From a virus, in the IMG/VR virus record IMGVR_UViG_3300025646_005470: a stretch of DNA of 64,000 nucleotides; one strand, written 5' to 3'. A model generated the notes under the pieces. That model ran no database searches and was not told the origin of the DNA. It saw nothing but the letters and a program-made list of their open reading frames with translations. Made by a program: the position numbers and the translations under genes. Below, one piece after another: positions 56,803-64,000 of the stretch. Positions within the stretch are counted from its first letter, which is position 1; every line of letters starts with the position of its first letter.

Positions 56803-57696
56803 TTATGCTTTAGCCTTTGGAGCAGGTGATAATTTAGCCGCGCCTTGTTTAGGACTATCTGGATTGTCCTTCACTGCTGGTGCCTTACCGCCTTTTTCCT
56901 CACCGCCTTGAGCAATGTTTGATGTTGAACCACCCATATCGTTTTTACCCGCTACTGGTGATTTTGAATTAGCACCGTTGTCTCCACCTTTTGGAGTTGC
57001 AACAGCTTTTAATTCAGTTGCTTCTTCAAGCTCTTCGCTTTCATCTGAATCAGATGCATCTTCAAGTGCAACTTCGTCAGCAACTTCAACAGTTTCTTCT
57101 GCTGGCATTTCCATAGATGGCATTTCTGCTTCTAGGTCGTCAGCGGCTTCTTCGTTGTCGTCACCTTCTTCGTCGTCTTTGTCGCCCATCATTTTTTCAA
57201 ATTCAGCTTTAAGATCTTCTAAAGCATCTTCTAGATCGTCAACTCTGTCTTCAACTTCCTCATGATCATGGTCATCAGCTTCGCCATCTTCATCACCATC
57301 ATCTTCGTTAGTTTCTTCATGCTCAATTTCTTCAGCATGAGCGTCTGCTTCGTCTTTGACAGCAGTAGTTAAATCTTCTTCTTGATCGCCTAAACCGCCA
57401 ACTTTTTCTTCAACGGTTTCATCACCTGACTCGTCAGTTGCTTCTTCAACAGCTTCCTCATCTGATTCTTCTGCTTCTTCAACTGCTTCTTCAGTTGATT
57501 CTTCTGATTCATCTACAGTATCTGTATCTTCTTCAGTTAAATCTTCTTCAATTTCGTCAGTTTGACTTTCGATCAACTCTTCATGTATTTTTCTAGCCTT
57601 TTCAACAATTACATCATGTAAAAGCTCTTGAGCTTTTTCTGATTCATTGTTAACTAGATATTCTAGAACTTGTTCTAGTTTAGACTTTGTAGTAGA
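56803..57696 (-). CDS. Highly acidic prohead core protein (gp67/68-like position)
   Basis: Very Glu/Asp-rich; directly upstream of the protease; start likely MSTTKSK at 57696 (GGAG upstream). Confidence 0.65.
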   Translation of the reverse strand, partial: STTKSKLEQVLEYLVNNESEKAQELLHDVIVEKARKIHEELIESQTDEIEEDLTEEDTDTVDESEESTEEAVEEAEESDEEAVEEATDESGDETVEEKVGGLGDQEEDLTTAVKDEADAHAEEIEHEETNEDDGDEDGEADDHDHEEVEDRVDDLEDALEDLKAEFEKMMGDKDDEEGDDNEEAADDLEAEMPSMEMPAEETVEVADEVALEDASDSDESEELEEATELKAVATPKGGDNGANSKSPVAGKNDMGGSTSNIAQGGEEKGGKAPAVKDNPDSPKQGAAKLSPAPKAKA

Positions 57697-57842
57697 CATA
57701 ATGTTAATCTCCATAATATTACTAGTAATATCGCATAGAGCTCTATAGAAAGCTCTAACGTATGTATTATTTACTTATTTATAGAAAAATTAGTGGAAAA
57801 GGCGCCTATTTTGACTCGTTTTGTAATAATAATGTAATATTA

Positions 57843-58043
57843 TTATACAGCAGGCGGTTGTGCGTACATCGTAGCCACAAATTCACGGTTTTTTTCTTGA
57901 TCTGCTTTACGCATTTCACGTACTTTACGCAATTTGTTAAGGTGTTTTAGTGTAAGACGTGTTTTGCGACTATCATCAATATGAGCCATATGATAGTGAT
58001 CATGCTCTGGAAAATAGTTTTCTTTTAGTTCACTGTAACGCAT
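57843..58043 (-). CDS. Small basic protein
   Basis: MRYSELKE start; TAAATA-N5-ATG. Confidence 0.7.
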   Translation of the reverse strand: MRYSELKENYFPEHDHYHMAHIDDSRKTRLTLKHLNKLRKVREMRKADQEKNREFVATMYAQPPAV

Positions 58044-58051
58044 GTTTGTAT

Positions 58052-58402
58052 TTACCTTTTTCCTCTACGAGCTTTAATTGCCAAGTTTGCACGTTTTACA
58101 CGTTGTGATGCTTGACTGAACTTTTTAGTATATGTTGATCTTTTACCGTGAATTGAACCTTTTGCTCTACGTGTGCTTTTCATTTTGGTACTTTGTCTAA
58201 TATTTAAAGGCTTGTTACAAGTGCTTGGATTAGCAACAATACGTCCTTTTCTTGGTCCAGTAGGACATCTAAAACGCTGTGTTGTTATAGTTCCTTTACC
58301 TTTGGTTTTTGATCTGGCTGTACGACCAAATATCTGTCTTGCACCTTCAGTAATAGGTTCAAAACAATATAAATCTGTTGTGCTAATTTCGTAAATTTTC
58401 AT
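58052..58402 (-). CDS. Small Arg/Lys-rich protein (paralogue of 8694..8990)
   Basis: FRCPTGPRKGRIVANPSTC motif. Confidence 0.75.
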   Translation of the reverse strand: MKIYEISTTDLYCFEPITEGARQIFGRTARSKTKGKGTITTQRFRCPTGPRKGRIVANPSTCNKPLNIRQSTKMKSTRRAKGSIHGKRSTYTKKFSQASQRVKRANLAIKARRGKR

Positions 58403-58424
58403 AACAATACCTTTGTTATGTTAT

Positions 58425-60134
58425 TTATGTCGCTGGAGTATCTGTGTCTGGAGTTAATGGTGATTCAGCACCGGCATCTGCGGCATCACCTGCTGGCTCA
58501 TCTGTAGGACCTTCTAGATCAGAAGCTGGCATTGGAGCCGCGCCTACATCTGATAATCCTGCACCTCCGGCTACATCATCACCTTGTGCTGGTGGTTGTG
58601 TACTATTAGCATTTTCTTCTGCCCATAGTTTTTCATTTCGATAAATTTCACCTTCATCAAGTCCAAGATAACGTGACATAGCAAAACGTTTTGAAATAAA
58701 TGGAATCTGTTGTAGTTGTGTAAAGATACTAACCTGTTGATTGTCGATTTCAATTTGTCTGTATTTGCCAAAGTTTTGTGGCTCATTAAATTGTATTTCA
58801 AATGAACCAGAATCAATTTCAATACCTCTGTGCTTTAAGAACATTTTGAATTCTTTGTCAAGTGTAGGCATAACCATTGACTGTAAACGTTGACAAAATT
58901 TTGTAAAACGGAATTCTTGAATATATGCTGTACCAACTCTACCATCAGTGAATGCTGAACCTGGATCATCTGGTGTTGATGGCAAATAACTTGATGGAAT
59001 TCTTAAACCTTTCATTAGCTTATTATTAAAGTATTTTAAGTCATCAATTTCACCTAGGTTTTGACCACCTGGTAGTGTTTCAACTTTAGAACCTCTACCT
59101 TCAGCCGTTTGTGCAAAGAAATAATCTTCAATCTGTGATAATGGATTGTAAGCGGCATCCATAATGTTTGCTCCACCGCCTGTTTTGTTTGGAATACGTT
59201 TTTGATGAATTTCATTTTTAACACGTTCAATAAATGCCATCGCTTTATTGGTTGGCATGTTACCTACGTCAATGTAAAACACTCTACGTTCTGGTGCTCT
59301 TTGAACTCTATAAATGATAATTGCATCTTCTAGTAATTCTTTTTGTTTGTACACTTTGAATATTGCTTCTAACACCGAAGTACCAAAAGGCCAAAATCTA
59401 TCCATGCCTTCTGATAATGAAATGTGTGCAATGTGTGAAGCATCAACAGGTGTTGTCATCACTTCTAAATTAAATCTACCTGCTTGTGAACTTGTTGTTG
59501 CTGTGGTAATACCTCTGTATTTTGCATCAGTGGCAAAAGGCATGTTACCGCTTTGGTATGCTGTTGGAGCCGTGTATTGGTATTGACTCATTGTGGTTAA
59601 ATTTAAATTTTGTAAATTTAAATCCAAGTCTCTGATAAAATATGCTTCTGGCTTTTTACCTTTGCCTTCGTTAACAACAATCTTTTCAATCTTTGCATGA
59701 TCAACCCATAACAACTTGTAGGTTTCTGGATCTCTAACAAATACCTGATCACCATACTTGATTACATTTCTAAAAAGTTTAAAACATCTCTTGTCCCAAT
59801 CATTAACATTGGACCATTGTTTGATTGCTTGATCTAAAATTTCTGTTTCTGTATCAGTTGGTTTGTCTTTGTAAAAAATTCTAAACGGAACACCTGTCTT
59901 TGGATCGTTTTGAGTTGAAAATTCTGCAATGGTATCAAGTGCCGCGTTTATCTCTGTGTCAAGATCCATTTGATCATATTGATAATAACGCTCAATACGA
60001 TTTGGCTGACCTGCATATACTTCTGGTAACCATGAGCTGTATTTTGATTGTGATGATTGTCCGTATGAACTGCCCACAGGACTTTGCTGTCCTAGTTTAG
60101 TTTCATATGTAGTAAAGTGTTTTTTCCAACTCAT
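58425..60134 (-). CDS. gp20: Portal protein
   Basis: LEDAIIIYRVQRAPERRVFYIDVGNMP, EDYFF, GSKVETLPGG, LRIPSSYL. Confidence 0.96.
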   Translation of the reverse strand: MSWKKHFTTYETKLGQQSPVGSSYGQSSQSKYSSWLPEVYAGQPNRIERYYQYDQMDLDTEINAALDTIAEFSTQNDPKTGVPFRIFYKDKPTDTETEILDQAIKQWSNVNDWDKRCFKLFRNVIKYGDQVFVRDPETYKLLWVDHAKIEKIVVNEGKGKKPEAYFIRDLDLNLQNLNLTTMSQYQYTAPTAYQSGNMPFATDAKYRGITTATTSSQAGRFNLEVMTTPVDASHIAHISLSEGMDRFWPFGTSVLEAIFKVYKQKELLEDAIIIYRVQRAPERRVFYIDVGNMPTNKAMAFIERVKNEIHQKRIPNKTGGGANIMDAAYNPLSQIEDYFFAQTAEGRGSKVETLPGGQNLGEIDDLKYFNNKLMKGLRIPSSYLPSTPDDPGSAFTDGRVGTAYIQEFRFTKFCQRLQSMVMPTLDKEFKMFLKHRGIEIDSGSFEIQFNEPQNFGKYRQIEIDNQQVSIFTQLQQIPFISKRFAMSRYLGLDEGEIYRNEKLWAEENANSTQPPAQGDDVAGGAGLSDVGAAPMPASDLEGPTDEPAGDAADAGAESPLTPDTDTPAT

Positions 60135-60217
60135 TGTGTGTACGTACCTTTATATGCTAGTATTTATGTAATTATATAGTATTTTAAATTTTAATGCAAC
60201 CACTATGTTTTGGCCTA

Positions 60218-62536
60218 TTATAGTTTTTCTAAAGCCGCTACTTGTTTTTTCATTGTCTCAAGTTGCTGTTGTTGTAGAGAAATTGTTGTTTCATAAAATG
60301 CTGTTTCTGGAGAAGAATTTGGATCGCTTGATCCTCCCATTGGAAGATACTGTTTCATAATACGCATTCTAGCATCATTTAAAACTGATGGGTCTGTGTT
60401 TGCTACTCCATTGGCTTTTTCTTCTTCATTTTCTTTATTACCTAGATCATCAATTTTAGCTTTTTCTATCAATTTACCAGCTTCTAACGATGCTTTGTAA
60501 TCGTATTCACTAAAATATTTTTCAAATTCGCTACGATTTCCTTCCATTAATTTAGCCATAGCATCTTGATTTTTTTTGTTATTCTCATCAAGTGTACTAA
60601 CTAAGTTTTTTAATGTTGTGTCTAACTGTGTAAGTTCGTCAGTGTACTCTGCAATTTTACTGTCATCACGATATTTTGCATTGCTTTCATACCATGCGGC
60701 GCCGCCGGCTGGCATAACTGCTTTGTTTTGTTCTCTTTCAAGTTTGCTTTGAAGTCTTTCTCTTCGAGCTTGTAAATCTGTAATCTCTTGACCGCCATAT
60801 ACATTTCCTTGTCTTGCTTCTTTTTCAATTGCTTTATATGGATTTAAGAAATCCTCGTTGAATCTTTCATTTCTAGATGTACCAATAAATGGTATATCCA
60901 TTGATATCATTTCCCAGCCGGCTACAATTGCTCTTGTAATTGCATCACCTAGTGCTGAAAAAATTGGTCCAAGTGCTTTTGCAATAAAGTCTCCAATACT
61001 TGTTGCTTGGGTAAGATCACCCATCCAGTTGCCTAACCATGTGCCTATTTTATCAGCAAAACCCAAAACCCAATCTGCTAATTTTTGTGCATTCTCTGTA
61101 AGCATAGTCATTGTTTTTTCAATTGCTTTTAGTAATTTGTCATTGCCAAATAATCTTGTAAAGAATGTGTTAAATACCATTTTAAATTTTTGTGTTGCAC
61201 GTTCAAAATTAATAAAAGCAACTGACAGTTGATCAATTTTTGATTCTTGTCTTAGTTTTTGAAGATCTTTGTATATTTCTATTTTACCATCTTCTTCTAA
61301 CTGTTGAATTTTATTAATTAATGCAATTTGTTGTCCAGCCGCCGCCGCATATTCTGTGTTAGAACGTTCAATAATTCCTAGTCTTTCTCGTTCAGCTTTA
61401 CTAGTGTTAGCAATTTCATCAATTAAATTTGCAGTGGCTTCTGCCGCTTCTTGATCACTCATGCTTTCTAAATTGTTTATAATACCATCTAATGAATTAT
61501 ACAATCTCTTGTTAACTGCTAGTAATGATCTACCTGCTTCTGTAAAGAACAATCCTCCTCGTCCATATGCCTGTGTAAATGTTGTAGCAAGTTGATCACC
61601 AAACTGTGTTCCTAGTCCAGCAAACATACCTGCAACTGTTTGTGTTGCGGCTATCAATGTACGCTGTACTGTTGCTGGTAATGTATTCATTCTATTAGTA
61701 AATGCGTCTATCGATGTTGCTGATTTTATCACTGCATCAATTTGATCTCTACTTACATTTGAAAGTTGAGTAAACGCTGTAATATTTTTTAAATAGTTCG
61801 AAGCCATTTCTTCTAAATATTCGTTATTTTCGTTTGAAAGAATACCAGCATCTTTTAGTTGTTCAATATAACTTCCGGTATATTCTGTTAGTTCTGACAA
61901 ACTCATGCCTAACAAACCTTGACTTTGTAAATTATCCCTAATTGATTTGTTTAGCTCAGAAAAATTTCGAGTTCCTAAAATTCCAACTGATGTTGCATAC
62001 TTGCCAAGAATTTCTGTATATTGATCTATACCCATTTCAGCCGCCACTGCCGCCTTTGCTAATCCCATTGCTCCCTGTTCAAATCTAAAACCCATTGAGA
62101 ACATTTGTCTATAAGCATCTGAAAACTGTTTTAATCTTCCAATTACTGCTCCAATTGCCATTGCAAAGCCGCCTACAGCCGCACCTATAAATCCTAATTT
62201 CATAGCAAATCTTCCCATTATTAGGTTAACTGATTTGAAAGGAGTTTTTAAATTTTTATCAACTAAACTTTTAGTATAATTTCCACTTTTTTCACGTAAC
62301 GACTTAACAAGATTTTTCGAATTTTGACTTTGTGCTTTCATGCTTTCTTCAAATCTTTGAGTAAGTGTTTTTATTGATTTAGTTTGAGTTTGTTGTTCTT
62401 TTAAATCTTTTTCGTCGGATTTTTTAGAACCTTCTAATGCTTTAAGAATTTTGTTTTGAGTGGCTTCGGTAGCCCATTCTGGTATATCGCTACCAAAATT
62501 TATTTTATCTATAGTGATTCTATCGCCGTCAGCCAT
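60218..62536 (-). CDS. Probable tail tape measure protein
   Basis: 772 aa, helical Ala/Gly-rich with hydrophobic segments; divergent from the gp26-like gene. Confidence 0.65.
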   Translation of the reverse strand: MADGDRITIDKINFGSDIPEWATEATQNKILKALEGSKKSDEKDLKEQQTQTKSIKTLTQRFEESMKAQSQNSKNLVKSLREKSGNYTKSLVDKNLKTPFKSVNLIMGRFAMKLGFIGAAVGGFAMAIGAVIGRLKQFSDAYRQMFSMGFRFEQGAMGLAKAAVAAEMGIDQYTEILGKYATSVGILGTRNFSELNKSIRDNLQSQGLLGMSLSELTEYTGSYIEQLKDAGILSNENNEYLEEMASNYLKNITAFTQLSNVSRDQIDAVIKSATSIDAFTNRMNTLPATVQRTLIAATQTVAGMFAGLGTQFGDQLATTFTQAYGRGGLFFTEAGRSLLAVNKRLYNSLDGIINNLESMSDQEAAEATANLIDEIANTSKAERERLGIIERSNTEYAAAAGQQIALINKIQQLEEDGKIEIYKDLQKLRQESKIDQLSVAFINFERATQKFKMVFNTFFTRLFGNDKLLKAIEKTMTMLTENAQKLADWVLGFADKIGTWLGNWMGDLTQATSIGDFIAKALGPIFSALGDAITRAIVAGWEMISMDIPFIGTSRNERFNEDFLNPYKAIEKEARQGNVYGGQEITDLQARRERLQSKLEREQNKAVMPAGGAAWYESNAKYRDDSKIAEYTDELTQLDTTLKNLVSTLDENNKKNQDAMAKLMEGNRSEFEKYFSEYDYKASLEAGKLIEKAKIDDLGNKENEEEKANGVANTDPSVLNDARMRIMKQYLPMGGSSDPNSSPETAFYETTISLQQQQLETMKKQVAALEKL

Positions 62537-62583
62537 TTTTCATTAAATACCCATATAATTAAGTAGATAAGTACTACTATTAC

Positions 62584-62595
62584 ATAAATATTTAT
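62584..62595. promoter_or_regulatory. Palindromic bidirectional late promoter
   Basis: ATAAATATTTAT gives TAAATA on both strands between the divergent tail genes. Confidence 0.6.
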
Positions 62596-62634
62596 CGTAT
62601 TAGTTATCTACGTATATAATAGGAAAGAAAAAAC

Positions 62635-63477
62635 ATGAGCGAAAGCAAACTAGCAAAATACTACAGAGCACCAAAACTGTATGTTCGTATACCAAGTCAG
62701 GGTGCATTTAATCCTGATATAGAGCAGTCTATGAGTGAAGAACTTGCTGTTATGGCAATGACTGGGCGTGACGAAACTATGATCAAAAACCCAGATGCGT
62801 TGTTAAACGGAGAAGCAATTACATCAGTTATCAAAAGTTGTGTTCCAGGAATCAAAGATCCAAAGGATATTCCAATCACAGATGTTGATACTCTTTTAAT
62901 TGCTATTAAAATTGCAACCAACGGTGAAGAACACGAAGTAAGTGCTAAATGTCCAAAATGTAAAACAGAAACTAGAGGTGTAGTAAATTTAAGAAACGTA
63001 CTACCTACTGTAAAATTATTGGAATCAGAATACCCAATCAAATTAGATACCGGTGTAACCGTTTATATTAAACCTTATACCTATGCTATGCAAACCGAAG
63101 CGGCGTTGGCGGCATTTGACGAAACAAAAACATTGCAAAACTTAACTAAAGAAAAAGAAATAAATTCTGAAAGTATGGCAATATATAATAAAAGTTTTAG
63201 AAGAATGGCAGAAATGAGTGTTTCATTACTAGCAAGAAGTATTGTAAAAGTTGTTACTCCGGAAGGCGATGAAGTTTCTGATCCAAATGAAATTTTTGCA
63301 TTTATTCAAAACATTGACTCTACTGCGGCAAAAACAATCGATGACACTTTAGCAAAAATCAATTCAATTGATATAGACAAAAGAATTGAAATGACTTGTG
63401 AAAATGAAAACTGTAAAAATGTTTGGAGCACTGAAGTAGAATATAATGCGGCAGATTTTTTCGGAATTGGCTCTTAA
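62635..63477 (+). CDS. gp26: gp26-like baseplate hub/tail assembly chaperone
   Basis: RAPKLYVRIPSQG, MTGRDE...PDALLNG, DVDTLLIAIKIAT.G, CPKC and C-terminal CENENC, ends DFFGIGS. Confidence 0.7.
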   Translation: MSESKLAKYYRAPKLYVRIPSQGAFNPDIEQSMSEELAVMAMTGRDETMIKNPDALLNGEAITSVIKSCVPGIKDPKDIPITDVDTLLIAIKIATNGEEHEVSAKCPKCKTETRGVVNLRNVLPTVKLLESEYPIKLDTGVTVYIKPYTYAMQTEAALAAFDETKTLQNLTKEKEINSESMAIYNKSFRRMAEMSVSLLARSIVKVVTPEGDEVSDPNEIFAFIQNIDSTAAKTIDDTLAKINSIDIDKRIEMTCENENCKNVWSTEVEYNAADFFGIGS

Positions 63478-63692
63478 AGGCTGAGCCACAAGAAATAAAT
63501 GTCTACTTTGAACAATTAGAAAAAGAAAGAAACTCAATCAAACAACAGATAACCGAAATCTGTTGGTACATGCGTGGTTCCATATCTTGGGAAGAAGCAT
63601 GGAGTTTGAGTGATGTTGACCGTAATGACTTAACTAAATTTATTGGTGAAAACGCCGAACGATTTAAAAAGGCCGGTCAAATAGTTGTTTAG
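63447..63692 (+). CDS. Start-less ORF in the -1 frame (gp51/gpT-like extension), not in the ORF track
   Basis: Open 63447-63692: ...FFRNWLLKAEPQEINVYFEQLEKERNSIKQQITEICWYMRGSISWEEAWSLSDVDRNDLTKFIGENAERFKKAGQIVV*; first ATG only at 63570. Confidence 0.75.
   Translation, partial: CGRFFRNWLLKAEPQEINVYFEQLEKERNSIKQQITEICWYMRGSISWEEAWSLSDVDRNDLTKFIGENAERFKKAGQIVV
63456..63488 (+). other. Putative -1 programmed ribosomal frameshift signal
   Basis: Slippery T TTT TTC (63456-62), 5-nt spacer, stem TGGCTC/GAGCCA (63468-73/63483-88). Confidence 0.7.
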
Positions 63693-64000
63693 GTAGACTG
63701 CTGTTTAACAGCATCTGAATTTAATTGCCAAAAATCTTTATATTCAATATAATGAAATTGTTTATAATCTTTAGTTTGTTTTAAATTGTTCCATTGAGTT
63801 GGATCCCATAATACAAATTCACCTTGTCTAGAAATTTTAACACACAATAACCATTTGTCATTTGCTTCACATGACTCTTGTGCTTGTTGAATAAAACTAT
63901 CTAATTGTTTTACTTCTTTACCAAGTGCAAGATTATGCCACTGTAGTTCGCCATAATTTTTTGCTTCAATAACCAACAATGGAAATGTATCAGGTGGAAT
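63689..64000 (-). CDS. Holliday junction resolvase-like PD-(D/E)XK nuclease (partial; 5' end outside window)
   Basis: Frame open to the window edge: IPPDTFPLLVIEAKNY. Confidence 0.6.
   Translation of the reverse strand: MPPDTFPLLVIEAKNYGELQWHNLALGKEVKQLDSFIQQAQESCEANDKWLLCVKISRQGEFVLWDPTQWNNLKQTKDYKQFHYIEYKDFWQLNSDAVKQQST

Noticed and set aside
338-63041. Dozens of short opposite-strand ORFs in the track (e.g. 338..628, 9312..9554, 26448..26897, 41420..41989, 51830..52273, 56915..57265)
   Set aside because: They lie wholly antisense to well-supported genes, have Ser/Leu/Phe-rich shadow composition and lack SD or promoter signals
1-64000. Stop-codon reassignment as seen in some jumbo phages
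   Set aside because: Core genes are full length under the standard bacterial code, and TAA, TAG and TGA all appear as real stops
1-64000. tRNA or rRNA genes
   Set aside because: Intergenic gaps are short and none showed cloverleaf or T-loop GTTCGA patterns on reading; a tRNAscan run would confirm

Overview
The whole window is part of a large, AT-rich T4-like (Tevenvirinae-distant, probably jumbo and aquatic) myophage genome; no host chromosome is visible. It holds: (i) nucleotide and replication genes (nrdA/B, thyX, dNMP kinase, NUDIX, gp41 helicase, gp61 primase, gp62, gp32, UvsW/X/Y, a PD-(D/E)XK nuclease, a partial resolvase-like nuclease); (ii) a T4-syntenic head module (gp20-core-gp21-gp22-gp23, terminase, gp4) and tail/neck genes (gp13/14/15/18/19, tape measure, gp26-like, tail fibre); (iii) host-like auxiliary genes (sufB-sufD, Leu/Phe/Val dehydrogenase, ClpP, GH73 glucosaminidase). 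The strongest unexpected signals are a textbook -1 programmed frameshift cassette (T TTT TTC + hairpin) fusing the gp26-like gene to an unannotated, start-less ORF beside the tape measure gene; a 195-aa mini-DnaE retaining all three catalytic Asp; a family of putative capsid-packaged proteins with T4-like targeting/cleavage N-termini or a scaffold-like C-terminal LAGL motif (including a ligase-like enzyme and a 1104-aa modular protein with a metallothionein-like Cys cluster); pervasive leaderless promoter-ATG architecture at both sigma70-type and late promoters; and an in-phase 10-nt repeat array in the gp32 leader. No tRNA, rRNA or CRISPR array was seen. All family assignments come from motif recognition by eye, without database searches.
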